Source: Prorocentrum cordatum
Taxonomy: Eukaryota
DNA: 64,000 nt
Direction of reading: 5' to 3'
Assembly (NCBI GenBank): GCA_963575745.1
Contig: CAUYUJ010000036.1
Location: forward strand, 1 to 64,000
This document shows positions 10,801 through 22,858 of this stretch, piece by piece. The position numbers and the translations under genes are program-made. A model generated the notes under the pieces. That model was not told the DNA's origin and searched no databases. It saw only the letters and a program-made list of their open reading frames with translations. The first letter of the stretch is position 1, and each line of letters begins with the position of its first letter.

Positions 10801-12598
10801 CGCCTTGCGGCTTCTCAAGCAGTGGAAAGAGGAGCCAGAGGAGCTGGGCAGGAAACAAGCCGAGGCGCTCCGAGCACGTGAAAATAATACTGAGCTGCAC
10901 GAGCGCTGTGTCGCTGAGCATCTCGACATGCCGTGGGTGAAAACCGTCTAGGCTTTGGGCCGTGGATTCCGAGAAAGTCCGAGCCGCCGCACGCAACTGC
11001 ACACACGTGAGAGCGTCCAGAGCCTCGCGATCGGGAATCCACGCCTCAGGAGGCTCCACCTCCGCATGCCAAAAACCTCCGAGCTTCACGGTCTCCTCCT
11101 GTACTAACTGACACGGCTCAGACGTAAACGACCCAGGGACCGAGGAGGAGACCGTGGGCTCCCACAGCTTCTTGATGCGGGTCAGGCGATGCATGCGCCT
11201 GGCCGAGCCGCTGAGCGCCAAGATGTGCCACTCCTTCCAGGAGCGGTCTCTGGCTTTGGAGTGCTCCGCCTGGACTTCATCACATTCCGTGGCGAGCTCC
11301 TCCGCGAGCGCATCAGCAGTATCCCACCACTCGCTGTCCCCAGGCAAATGCGGAGACCATTGAGTGAGCAGGAGGCGTACTGACGCCAGCGAGCGGTCCA
11401 GGCGGGCGCACAAGCCCTCCCCCGCGTGCGAAACTCGCACCGCCAGGAGATGGTGAGCGCCTTCACCCGAGACCCAATCAACATCATCACGACGCGTGAG
11501 AGACAAAAACTCACTGAGCATACCGCACATCCATTGCCAACAGTTAGCCACCAGCGTGCCATCATCGGGCTCCTGTCGGCGATGGACGATAGGCTCCCAG
11601 ACTGACTGCACGCGAGCTCCTCGCCACCCCGCACGGGTGGTGGGGAGATCGCAAACGTCAAGTAACTCCTGCTCGGCAGCATTGGCAAAGAGAGACCACA
11701 CTTCATTCATGAGAGCCCAGGCCTCCTGAGAGGAGCCATGCTCAGACAAAAACTGCAGCTTGGGCAGGAGGCGCTCTGACAACGCCCACGGGGGAGGGGG
11801 ACGAGGACAGCCGATCGGGAGGTGGGTGGGGATTCGACTGTGACGCCGAAAGACCAACTGACGGACCTGAAGTGCATTAGCACGCAGCTCAAGCAAAACA
11901 GGACGGTGCGGTCTAACATGCCACGTGCTGTCCACAAAGATGCTGGCAGCCAGCGTAGACAGAGCATGCCCTACAACGAAGAAATCAATCGTGGACGTAG
12001 ACGAACTGGTACGGCAGGTGATTGCAGCAGGCGCCATGATGACGGCCTTGACCTTCTGCACAAAGCCCGTGGCCTCGACGGCGGCAGGTGAGTTGTTCCA
12101 ATCTGCCGCAATGACCGTGAGCGGAGGCTGGATGATCTTGGCGCCGATCGCGCTGAGCATGGACAGATTCTTCTCACGCATGCCGTCATTGACGTGGAAA
12201 TAGGCACACACGATGTTGAACGAGAAACCAGGGAGGTCAATGGTAACCTGTATGGCACGATGTGGCACAATAGCCTTGCACGCTGGGTCAGTCCATCGCA
12301 AGCCAAACCCATCACGAACAAAAACTCCAACCCCAGCCGAGCACCTCTGCGTCGCGGGGTTGAAGGACGACTCACTGATGAGGAATCGCCAGCCCAGGGC
12401 GCGCACCGCGGCCAGGGACTGGGGCGCTGTGAGCTCGGACAAGCCAAGCTCCTGGGCGCACACGATGACACTGGTAGTCGTGGTGAGCCGCTCACGTAGC
12501 GTGGACCACCCAGAGCCATTGAAAGTCTCGATGAACTGTGTCGCCGTCGATGTCGGCGGCAACTTCTTCCTGCAAATCGGGGGTATTGGTAGCCTCAT
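7868..12598 (-). CDS. LINE ORF2: APE endonuclease, RT, CCHC zinc finger, RNase H and C-terminal Cys/His fingers (~1576 aa from the first in-frame ATG after ORF1)
   Basis: APE: TFNG, CAQE, GVGVFV, CAYF, ADWN, TIDFF, PHRPV. RT: LDGFHP, GYRPI, DGLKFYE, GLPAG, YVDD, ALG. Zn finger: CPLC..HHRLWCC. RNase H: VDGS, SAE, SDC, RAH, GNQMAD. Confidence 0.93.
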   Translation of the reverse strand: MRLPIPPICRKKLPPTSTATQFIETFNGSGWSTLRERLTTTTSVIVCAQELGLSELTAPQSLAAVRALGWRFLISESSFNPATQRCSAGVGVFVRDGFGLRWTDPACKAIVPHRAIQVTIDLPGFSFNIVCAYFHVNDGMREKNLSMLSAIGAKIIQPPLTVIAADWNNSPAAVEATGFVQKVKAVIMAPAAITCRTSSSTSTIDFFVVGHALSTLAASIFVDSTWHVRPHRPVLLELRANALQVRQLVFRRHSRIPTHLPIGCPRPPPPWALSERLLPKLQFLSEHGSSQEAWALMNEVWSLFANAAEQELLDVCDLPTTRAGWRGARVQSVWEPIVHRRQEPDDGTLVANCWQWMCGMLSEFLSLTRRDDVDWVSGEGAHHLLAVRVSHAGEGLCARLDRSLASVRLLLTQWSPHLPGDSEWWDTADALAEELATECDEVQAEHSKARDRSWKEWHILALSGSARRMHRLTRIKKLWEPTVSSSVPGSFTSEPCQLVQEETVKLGGFWHAEVEPPEAWIPDREALDALTCVQLRAAARTFSESTAQSLDGFHPRHVEMLSDTALVQLSIIFTCSERLGLFPAQLLWLLFPLLEKPQGGYRPILLVASFVRVWEKARRPLVEPFLEASSRKYWSFGKGRGAEEAVWLAAVRAERGQAIDQETAGFLWDGLKFYESFNLELLRDRALACGLPRPLVKVLFNFWRGPRLVRLGAHHCPLVQFARSGLPAGDVFNDAFVQIYLLGALDGFVARHPRLDLGVYVDDDCVSMTGPRQDLVPALVEAAQDLVTVYREELQVGLAHDKAVVFGSSHDVVRDLDRRLARIGARSAAATTSATALGADFAPARPRAAPGATCRMKKRFRAMKRRVGFLRSLRRRLSVGKARLHKIYISGVRPATTYGSLVTGMTERELLVLRRALVPFRGGSLPARMLLYDDPAWKVAVAPVIQYSKAVWNSIVHPDRVVLSWRFLQKTWDAVAAKSPVLQQSQWNKSAGPIHRAMLCLHRLGWKFTNFKTFFDDNQIEHDLFFTSPALLAKQLHASILRHHGRCFAATLTQGQGQEVAADLIVQAVRSKKFSALQKHVVASVFAGGMWTEDRLVQHGFESTGLCPLCSQPDSIHHRLWCCPAVAAARDEATSAEIAADAREEPGDLLWSRLLVFQPRPDEFPPPSSELFPVFQDAQGNPVSQETFQELSAGCDVCVDGSATRTEFARLNRAAYAAVFLENSEQCEVRCRMQGVVWESLPQTAPSAEHLALAMLSIFQRGPGTTRPFSDCLGAVRLTQKPAPAQLNGSQVFAGLRRGALQHPGHAHIGHVSHTRAHRSEEVISALPPDEERIARGNQMADLLAKDALSLHPRAPPATSELHGLMVKRLRAAIRVAAAVLPAFPLPSFKKIKVPSITRVVSWHEWCRVGSWKLRCARCLGACPEQDERPLNQCPGPPPLLVKLRECEGVGGHVLRACWTARDQVLVYCCKCGAYAEERSSGALFKTCRPALTPQRAYDRRRLEAGLHPHSRRREETLQAPTPLESDLIRRLVGGTAGWADVSSSSSVTAAIIRNPRMDALVARLQAKFWQSSSGS

Positions 12599-12642
12599 AC
12601 ACGACAACGGCAGGCCACAGACCCGCGGGTGTACTGCACCAT
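12595..12642 (-). CDS. 15-codon inter-ORF mini-ORF MVQYTRGSVACRCRV; its stop overlaps the ORF2 ATG (ATGA)
   Basis: ACCATGG start 8 nt after the ORF1 TGA; the codon walk ends gtA-TGA, overlapping the ATG at 12598. Confidence 0.4.
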   Translation of the reverse strand: MVQYTRGSVACRCRV

Positions 12643-12650
12643 GGTGAGGA

Positions 12651-13712
12651 TCACCCCCGCCGCTGCTTCTTGGTGACGAGGCCGAGGGACTTGAACAACT
12701 CCTGGAGCTCCCGTTTGTCACCAGCAAACTTGGTAGTGGAGATGACCTGGGAGATGCCTTCCTCGTCGACGTCAAGGTACACATCATCATCCTCAGGGAC
12801 GGGAACCGATTCACCATAGTCGGTGCCCTCATCCCCGACGGTTGGGCCAGCGGCGGCTGCCTGGGCGGCAGCAGCCGCACGCACAGCCTCCTTGAACTTG
12901 TCAAAGACAGGCGACTCCACCATGGCCTTGAGGTCGGCGTCGGCCTCCAGCACGGTGGTCGGGAGGTCGGGCAGCACGAAGGAGGTAGCATCACTCCCTT
13001 CAGGGCGCAGGTCCTTAGGGCAAGACTCGCGCAGCTCCTCCTGGAGGGTAGCCACCAGGTCCTTGGCGGCCAGCACCTTGGCCCTGAGCTCACGGAGGTG
13101 CTCCTCGGCGGCCTCGACGACCTTGACCTGCGCACTGACGTCGGACTCGAGCTTCTGATGGCGCTTGATCGCATCCTGCAGCTTGTGCCCGAGGGTGGTG
13201 TGGCGTGCAAGTTGTGGCTTGGCATCATTCCGAGCCTTGCGCGCCGCGGCCAGAGACTGCTCGGCACTGACACGGCTGGGGACGTCAGCGCCCAAGCCAG
13301 ACTTGGCGAACTGGGTAACGATACCTTCCCAGCGCTGTACCTCAAGATCGAGCGGATCGGGCGGAGGCGCAGGCACGGGAGTGGGCACGGCCTGGGACTT
13401 CTGGAGGGCGGCGTACTTGCGCTTGAGCTCGGCGAGCTCACGGGCGATGCCACCATCCACACTGCCTGGCGGTCCTGCCGCCCACGCACTCCCAGCACGG
13501 CGGCGACCACCTGCAGCCCCAGGAGCATGAGACGGCCCACCGGCTTCCATCTGCTTGGCCGCCTTGCGCGCCTTGTCTGCGACAGACTGCGGGGCAGGGC
13601 GGCCGCATCGGCACCGAATGCGCGATGCATAGTTGGCGGACGCGCCGCAGGACGGGCAGCCCCAGAAGGGGCGGGTCGGTCCTGGCAGCACATCATGAGC
13701 GGGACTGGCCAT
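12651..13712 (-). CDS. LINE ORF1 (353 aa): RanBP2-like zinc finger, coiled coil and acidic tail
   Basis: WGCPSCGASANYASRIRCRCG finger; long predicted-helical A/E/K/L-rich region; ends KKQRRG; lies directly upstream of ORF2. Confidence 0.85.
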   Translation of the reverse strand: MASPAHDVLPGPTRPFWGCPSCGASANYASRIRCRCGRPAPQSVADKARKAAKQMEAGGPSHAPGAAGGRRRAGSAWAAGPPGSVDGGIARELAELKRKYAALQKSQAVPTPVPAPPPDPLDLEVQRWEGIVTQFAKSGLGADVPSRVSAEQSLAAARKARNDAKPQLARHTTLGHKLQDAIKRHQKLESDVSAQVKVVEAAEEHLRELRAKVLAAKDLVATLQEELRESCPKDLRPEGSDATSFVLPDLPTTVLEADADLKAMVESPVFDKFKEAVRAAAAAQAAAAGPTVGDEGTDYGESVPVPEDDDVYLDVDEEGISQVISTTKFAGDKRELQELFKSLGLVTKKQRRG

Positions 13713-15318
13713 CCACCTGTGCGGGGGTGGATGGGAGCGAAAGAAAAGGCTCGCAGGCGCGCTGCCGCTCCGAAGAATGGCACCTGCAAGGCGCGCGAGA
13801 AACCTCGCGAGCCCGAAGCGGCTAGGAGGAGGAGGAGGAGGAGGAGGAGGAGGAGGAGGAGGAGGAGGAGATGGAGGAGGAGGCAGGAGGAGGAGGCCCC
13901 GCTCCAGCGCGGTGCGGTGCACAGCGTCTGCGGCCCTGGGTGCCGAAAACCATGCTCGGCGGCGGGCGATGGGGGGGGAAATGAGACGGGGCGGGCCTTG
14001 TCAGAGGGCTCGGAAGCCCCCCCCCGGCCTTCTGAGGAGTTCTCTGAACCTTCCCCGAAGACGCCAGAAGCCTCAGCAGGCGCGAGGGGTTCTGAGGAGT
14101 CCCGCCGCCCTCTTGAGAGGGCCTTCTCCCTCTCACCTCCCCCCCTCGCTCGCCGCCGATACATGCACCGTGCCACCGCGTGCACGACGGGCACCCTCTG
14201 CGACCGCGCCTTCCCCTCCTCTCTTCCAGGCTGCTTCTCGTCCCTCCCCAGCTCTGCCCCCCCCCCCCCCCTTCCTCCTCTCCTCCTCCTCCTCCTCCTC
14301 CTCCTCCTCTCCTCCTCCTCCCTCCTCCTCCTCCTCCTCCTCCTCCTCCTCCTCCACTGCCTTCCCTGTCCCTTCTTCTCCTTTTCCTCCTCCTCCTCCT
14401 CCTCCTCCTTCTGTTCCGCACTTCCCTGACCCTCCCACTCCGCGCCCTTGTGCCCTTGCTCCTCCTGTTCCTCCACCTCCCCCTCCTGCTGCCCATGTTC
14501 CTCCTTGTGCCAGTTCCATCCGCCTCATCAGATTCCTCCTCCTCCTCTTTTTCCTCCTCCTCCTCTTTCTCCTCCTCCTCCTCCTCCTCCTCCTCCTCCT
14601 CCTCCTCCTTCTCTTCCTCATCTTCCTTTTCCTCATGTCCCCTCCTCCTCCCTCCTCCTCCTCCTCCGCCTCTTCCTCCGCCTCAGTCTATCCCACCCAT
14701 GGTAGCGATTGCTGTACATCGAAATGTGCACGCCTGCTCCGCCACCTGGCCGGCCGACAGGACGTTCCTTCCCACCTGCCCAAGCAACGAAATAACAAGT
14801 CAAGCTTGTTCCGTCTCGACACGGACGGACATTGCGCCGTCCGTGTTGCAAAACGCGTGGCGGGAACGGGGCGGGTCGCACATCCCGCGCGAGAGGCCGA
14901 CACATCGCTCCCGCATCGGCGCCGCGCTCATCCCTCTAGAGGCTGAAGTCTGCCCGAAAGTGACGCTCCCGCCCTCGTGCGCGCTGCGCCGAGGAGGGAG
15001 ATCAGCGGCAGGGGGAGGAGGGGGAGGAGGGGGAGGGGGAGGAGGAGGAGGAGGAGGAGGAGGAGGAGGAGGAGGAGGAGGAGGAGGTGGAGGAGGAGGA
15101 GGAGGAAGGAAGGAGGAGGAGCCCCCGCGCCGGCGCGGCCCGCGCGGGCTTCGCTTCGCCGAGTCGTCGGTGAGGGGGCCGCACGCGAGCGCCCGATCTC
15201 AAGACGTGCCCCGCTCGAGTCCTCGACTGCGGGAGGGAGGGCGGGAGCAGGCGGGGCCCTCCGACTCTCGCTCGAGCTGGCCAGCTGGGCTCCCCGCGAA
15301 CTGGGCTCCCACTCCTAC

Positions 15319-15656
<338 letters not shown>

Positions 15657-16339
15657 CGGCTTCCTCCTGCTACCCCTCCTCTTCTTGTCCTCCCCCGCTC
15701 TCTGGCAACCTCCAGTGGGCGCCAAAGCCCGACGCAGGCGACGACGGCCCTTCCAGCTGCCCGTCCTGCACGTCATTCCCCATTGACCCCCTTCTCCTCC
15801 TGCTGATCCTCCAGCCCCTCCTACTCGCTCCTCCTCCTCCTCCTCCTCCTCCTCCTCCTCCTCCTCCTCCTCCTCCTCGTCTTCCTCCTCCTCCTCCTCC
15901 TCCTCCTCCTCCTCGTCGTCGTCGTCCCCCTCCTCCTCCACCTCCTCCTCCTCCACCTCGTCCTCATCCTCCTTCCTCCTTCTCCTCCTCCTCCTCCTCC
16001 GCCTCCTCCTCCTCCTCCCTCCTCTTCCTCCTCCTCCTCCTCCTTCCCTCCCCCTCCTCCTCCTCCTCCTCCACCTCCTCCTCCTCCTCCTCCCCTCCTC
16101 CCCCTCCCTCCCCTCCTCGCTTCTCCAGTTCCACCTCCTCCTGCTCCTTCATCTCCTCCTCATCCTGCGCTCCTCCTCCTCCTCCGCCTTCATCTCCTCT
16201 CGTACCCTTCTCCTCCTCCTTCTGTCTGCCTCCTCATCCTTCTTTCCCTCCTACTCCTCCTTCTCCCCTTCCTCCTTCCTCCTCCTCCTCCTCCTCCTCC
16301 TCCTCCTCCTCCTCCTCCATCCTCCTCACTGTCAGGGCA

Positions 16340-16700
16340 GGACCGGGGTTTCCCGTGATGCTTCCTCAAGGCCTGTGATCTCGAAGCTCGAAGCTTCCAA
16401 CGGCGAAATGCACTGTATGGAGCACGAGTGGCATTCAGCATGGGGTTCCGGTTCAAACCAAAGCTCTCGCTGGACACTCATTGAACGTGGCGACCCTCCC
16501 CTTCCCAGACCCCTGACGTCTCTCGTCGTGTTTTTTCCACAACGCGAGCAGGTCTGGGTTTCGTTCCTGAGATGCAGAAGGGGAAGTGCGAAGGCTTTAC
16601 AGAGCGGAGTCTCGCATAAGTGGCAGGCCCAGGTAGGGCGTTCGTCTGTCAAAGAGGGGGCGCCTCCCCCAGTGGAACGGCATACCTGCAAGGACCGAGG
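16340..16700 (-). pseudogene. Possible decayed LINE ORF2 C-terminal Zn-finger fragment
   Basis: WACHLC..HLRNETQTCSRCGKNTTRDVRGL resembles the CxxC / H..CxxCG tail of the intact ORF2. Confidence 0.35.
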
Positions 16701-16959
16701 AGGAAGGGGACTTGGGACACGACGGTGCGTTGCAATACCGTTGGTGCATCGTGGGTTTGCCGTGGTCCTCCTCTACGCCCTCGTTTCATCACGCTCTTCT
16801 CTTTCCTCCTCCTCCTCCTCCTCCTCCACTCCCCTTCATGGATCATCACCACCACCATGAGCATCATGCCCGTCACTGTCGTGTGGGGTCGTCCGGGCTC
16901 TGTGGTGGGGCGCTTTGGACCACCCGCTTGCCGATCAACGCTGCTAATCCCATCATGTC

Positions 16960-17290
16960 GGTGTGCTGCGAGGCTGTGATGCGTCCTGTTTTGTCGAGCG
17001 TGCGGAGGGTCTCTACATACCGTCCAGCCGCCACGCGTGCTGCAGGGGGCCCCGCCGGGCGCCCTCGAGAGCAGGGAGGGAGGTGCTGTCGCCACAGGGC
17101 ACGCACGGCTCCCCCGGCATTGGCCGAGCGAGTGGGCGGAGGGCGCCCTGCCCCATGGCAGGACCCCCCCCGCACAGCCCGCACAGCACGATAGAGCAGC
17201 GCATTCCGATCTGCCCTGCTACCAACTGCGCGATGCCAAGTACTTTCCCCGGCGTCGAGGGCGCAAACAAGAAACTGGAGCTCCAGGGGC
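16960..17290 (-). pseudogene. Possible decayed LINE ORF2 C-terminal fragment
   Basis: IVLCGLCGGG..GALRPLARP aligns loosely with VYCCKCGAY..SGALFKTC of the intact ORF2. Confidence 0.3.
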
Positions 17291-17339
17291 GGAAAGCCTG
17301 ATCGCACACACACCCCTCGAACCGCCCCTCGCTCTTCCT

Positions 17340-17672
17340 TCTCTTGTTCCTCCTCATCTTCTTCCTCCTCCTCATCTTCTTCCTCCTCCTCCTCCTTCTC
17401 CTCCTCCTCCTCATCCTCCTCCACCTCCTCCTCCTCCCCCTCCCCCTACTCCTCTTCCTCCTCCCTCTCCTCAACTCCTCCTCCTCCTCCCCTTCTCCTC
17501 TCTCACCTCCTCCTCCCTTCCTCCTCCTCCTCCTCCTCCTCCTCCTCCTCCTCCTCCTCCTCGTCTCGCTCTCCTACTCCTCCTCCTCCTCCTCCTCTCC
17601 TCCTCCTCCTCCGCCTCCTCCTCCTCCTCCTCCTCCTCCTCCTCCGCCTCCTCCTCCTCCTCCTTCTCCTCC

Positions 17673-17739
<67 letters not shown>

Positions 17740-18792
17740 AGCATCATCATTCTCATTATCATACTCATGATTATCAGCACCACCACCACCACCATCATCA
17801 TGATCATGATCATGATCAGGATCATCATCAGCACCATCATCATCATCATCATTATCATCATCATCATCATCATCAGCAGCATCAGCATCATCATCATCAG
17901 TATCATCATTGTCATCATCATCATCATCATCATCATGATCAGCATCAGCATCAGCATCATCGTCATTTTCATCAGCATCATCATGAGCAGCATCATCATC
18001 AGCAACATCATCATCATCATCCTGATCCTCATCCTCATCATCACCAGCATCAGTATCATCATCATCATCAGCAGCATCATCATCATCATCATCATCATCA
18101 TCACCATCATCATCGTCATCGTCATCAGCATCATCATCAGCAGCATCATCATTCTCATTATCATACCCATGATTATCAGCACCACCACCACCACCATCAT
18201 CAGGATCATCATCAGCACCATCATCATCATCAGCACCATCATCATCATCATCATTATCATCATCATCATCATCATCAGCATCATCAGTATCATCATCATT
18301 ATCATCATCATCATGATCAGCATCAGCATCAGCATCATCGTCATTTTCATCAGCATCATCATGAGCAGCATCATCATCAGCACCATCATCATCATCCTCA
18401 TCCTCATCCTCATCCTCATCATCACCAGCATCAGTATCATCATCATCATTATCAGCATAAGCATCATCGTCATCTTCATCACCATCATCATGAGCATCAT
18501 CATGAGCATCATCATCATCAGCACCATCATCATGAGCAGCATCATCAGCATCATCGTCACCACCATGATAAACGTTCTCCTTATCATCATCAACCACATC
18601 ATCACCACCGCCATCGCCAGCACCATCATCATACTCATCCTCATCATTAACATGACCATCATCAACATCATCATCATCGCCATGCTCATCTTTAACCGCC
18701 CTCACCAGCAGCAGCGACAGCAATATCCTCATTACCATCATCCTCAGCAGCAACAACACCATCACCATCATCATCATCATCATCATCATCAA

Positions 18793-18851
<59 letters not shown>

Positions 18852-19646
18852 GCACCATCACCGTCAACCGCAGCAGCAACCCGATCGCATGACGATCAAC
18901 ACCATCAAGAAAAGCAACACCATCATCACCATCATCATCAACTGCATCACCACACCCGCCACAAGCATCATCATCACCATCAGCATCATCATCATCGTCA
19001 TCGTGATCAGCAGCATCATCATCAGCATCATCATCAGCATCACCATCATCATCACCATCATCATAATCCCCAACACCATCGTCACCACCATCATCAGAAT
19101 CAGCAACATCATCATCACAACCACCATAGTCATTATCATCAGCATCACGATCACAATCAGCATTCCCAGATTTAGCATCAGCAACCTCATCATCATCCGC
19201 ATCCGCACCCTCAGTCTCCTCGTCCTCCTCCTCAGCAGCATCATCATACTCATCAGCAACCTCATCATCACCATCGTCAACATCATCATCAGCATCATCA
19301 TCATCACCATCAGCAGCATCATCACCAGGGTCACTATCATCAGCAGCATCAGCATCAGCATGATCAGCCCGATCATCAACAGCAGCAGCATCACCATCAT
19401 CATGCCATCCCCATACCATCCTCATCACCATCCTGAGCAGTACCAACGTCCTCCTCATCCTCCTCCTCCTTCTCCTCCCCCTCCTCCTCCTCCTCCACTT
19501 CCTCCTCCTTCTCCTCGCCACCATCGTCATCACCATCATCAGCAGCAACATCGTCGTCCTCCTCTCGCTCTCTCTCTCTCTTCCTCCTCCTCATCCTCCT
19601 CGTCCTCCTGCACCCTGCCTCCTCCTCACCATCATCATCACCATCG

Positions 19647-19715
<69 letters not shown>

Positions 19716-20765
19716 GCATCAGCATCAGCATCAGCATCATCATCATCCTCCTCCTCCTCCTCATCCCCCTCTCCTCCCTTCTCCCATCTCCCGTCTCATG
19801 TATCCCCTCCCCTCTCCTCTATTCCTCCTCCTCATCCTCCTCGTTTTGCTCCTCCTCCTCCTCCTTCTTCTCCGCCACCTCCTCCTCCTCCGCCTCCTCC
19901 TCCTCCTCCCTCCTCCCTCATCGTTCCTCCATCCGTCCTCCTCCTCCTCCTCCTCCACCTCCTCATCCTCCTCCTTTTCCCCCTCCTCCTCCTCCTCCTC
20001 CTCCCTCCTCCTTCCGCCTCCTTCCGCATTCCCATTGCCCCTCCCCCTTCCTCCTCCCTTCTCCTCATTCTCCTTCCCCTCCTCCTCCTTCTCCTCTCCT
20101 CCTCCTCCTCCTCGTCCTCCTCCGCCTCCGCATCTTCCTCCTCCTCCTCCTCCGCCTCCTCCTCCCTCTTCCCTCCTCCCTCTTCCCCCCGCCCTCCTCC
20201 CTCCACCCTCCGTCCCTCTGCCTCATTCCTCCTTCCTCCCTCCTCCCTCCTTCGTCAGTCCTTCGTCTCTCCACCCTTCTTCCCCCATTCCTCCTCCACC
20301 TGCCTCCTGCCTCCTTTCTCCTCCTCTTCTTTCGCTTTCCTCTGTCCTCAGTCTCCTCCTCCTCCTCCTCCCCTCATTCCTCCTCCTCATTCTCCGCAAA
20401 AATCCTTTCCTCCTCCTCGCTCCTCATCCTCCTCCTCCTCCTCTTCCTCATCCTCCTCCTCCTCCTCCTCCCTCCTCCATCCTTCCTCCTTCCGCCTTCC
20501 TCATTCCTCCCTCCTCATTCCGCCTTCCTCTCTCCACCATCCTCCTTCCCGCCTTCTTCATGTCCTCCCTCGTCCCCCCTTCCTCCTTCCTCCTGAATCC
20601 TCCTCCTCCCTCCCTCCCTCCCTCCCTCCCTCCCCTCCTCCCTCCAAGAAATCCCTCCCTCCCTCCTCCTCCTCCTCCTCCTCCTCCTGGGGGGGCTCCT
20701 CTCCTCCTCCTCCTCCTCAGCATCATCATCATAATCATCAGCAGCAGCAGCAGCATCAACAGCAG

Positions 20766-20798
<33 letters not shown>

Positions 20799-20806
20799 TC
20801 ATGCGG

Positions 20807-20837
<31 letters not shown>

Positions 20838-20960
20838 ATCATCATCATCATCGTCATCTATCTCATCATCATCATCATCATCATCAATCATCATCTCATC
20901 ATCAATCATCATCAGCATCATCATCATCATCATCATCATCCATCATCATCACATCATCTC

Positions 20961-20993
<33 letters not shown>

Positions 20994-21023
20994 CATCATC
21001 ATCACATCAGCATCATCATCATC

Positions 21024-21056
<33 letters not shown>

Positions 21057-21126
21057 GCATCATCATCATCATCAGCAGCGCAGCACCAGTACAGCATCAG
21101 CACAAGCAGCATCATCATCATCATCA

Positions 21127-21185
<59 letters not shown>

Positions 21186-21779
21186 CTCCTCCTCATCATC
21201 ATCATCCTCCCCCCTCCTCCTCCTGAATCCTCCGCATCATCATCATCCCTTTCATCCTTCTTATTCTCCTCCTCCTCCTCCTTATCCTCCTCCTCCTCCT
21301 CCCTCCTCCCTCCTCCCTCCGTCCTCCTTCCTCCTTCCTCCCTCCTACTTCCCTCCATATTCCCTCAGTGTTATCTCCTTCTTCCCTCCTCCCTCCTTCC
21401 CGCCCGTCCCCCTTCCTCCTGCCTCCTGCGTCCCTTCGATCCTACCACCTCCTCATCCTCCTCCTCCCCCCCCTCCTCCTCCTCCTCCTTCTCACCTCCT
21501 CCTCCTCCTCCTCCTCCTCCGCCTCCGCCTCATTCCTCTCCGTATCCCGCACATCCTGCTCTTCCTTCCTCCTCCTCCTCCTCCGCCGCCCTCTTCCTCC
21601 TCCTTCCCCTTGCCGTTTCATTCATCCTCCTCTCCCTCCTCCCTCCTCCTCCTTCTTTCCTCCTCCATCCGTCCCCCTTCCTCCCTCCAACTGCTCTGCC
21701 GCCTCCTCCTCTTCCTCATTCCCCTGCAGTCCGTGATCATCCTCTTCATCCGTCCGCCTCCTCCTCCTCCTCGTCATCG

Positions 21780-21821
<42 letters not shown>

Positions 21822-21858
21822 GCATCAGCATCAGCATCAGCATCAGCATCAGCATCAG

Positions 21859-21912
<54 letters not shown>

Positions 21913-22024
21913 CATCATCAGCATCATCATCATCATCATCACCATCATCATCAGCATCATCACCATCATCATTATCATCATCATCGGCAGCATCATCATC
22001 AGCAGCATCATCATCACCACCACC

Positions 22025-22061
<37 letters not shown>

Positions 22062-22133
22062 TCATCATCCTCATCATCAGCAGCAGCAGCATCATCATCA
22101 TCATCATCAGCCGCATCACCAGCCTCATCATCG

Positions 22134-22169
<36 letters not shown>

Positions 22170-22247
22170 GCCTCTTTATCGTCGTCGTCGTTGTCGTCGT
22201 TGTCGTCGACATCGTCGTCGTCGTCAGCAACAGCATCATCAGCATCG

Positions 22248-22283
<36 letters not shown>

Positions 22284-22299
22284 CCATCATCACCATCAC

Positions 22300-22358
<59 letters not shown>

Positions 22359-22776
22359 CCATCATCATCACCATCATCACCATCATCATAATCATCAGCG
22401 TCATCAGCATCATCATACTCCTCATCATCATCATTAGCATCATCATCAGCATCAGCATCATCATCACCATCACCAGCATCATCATCCTCATCACCAGCAT
22501 CATCATCACCAGTATCACCAGCATCAGCATTGTCATCATCACCATCATCATCACCAACATAATCAGCATGATCACCAGCAGCCGCAACAGCATCAGCATT
22601 AGCAGCACCATCAACAACACCATCACCATCAGCATCATCATCATCACCACCCCCATCATCATCATCATCATCAGCACCATCATCATCATCATCGTCAGCA
22701 TCGCCGTCGTCATCATCATCATCAGCACCAGCACCAGCATCAGCATCAGCATCAGCATCAGCATCAGCATCATCAG

Positions 22777-22858
<82 letters not shown>

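Larger units (their letters stand above)
7750..13823 (-). mobile_element. Full-length, apparently intact non-LTR retrotransposon (LINE) inside a host intron, flanked by (CCT)n on both sides
   Basis: Two uninterrupted ORFs with ~110-nt 5' UTR and ~120-nt 3' UTR; unique sequence stops abruptly at GGA/CCT tracts at ~7750 and 13824. Confidence 0.92.

Noticed and set aside
12599..14476. N-terminal 626 aa of the 2202-aa ORF
   Set aside because: It starts outside the element in microsatellite DNA and is an off-frame reading of ORF1; recognisable ORF2 motifs begin after 12598.
15705..15790. Candidate minus-strand exon (MGNDVQDGQLEGPSSPASGFGAHW)
   Set aside because: The flanking alveolin-like exons already join cleanly without it, and its composition does not match.
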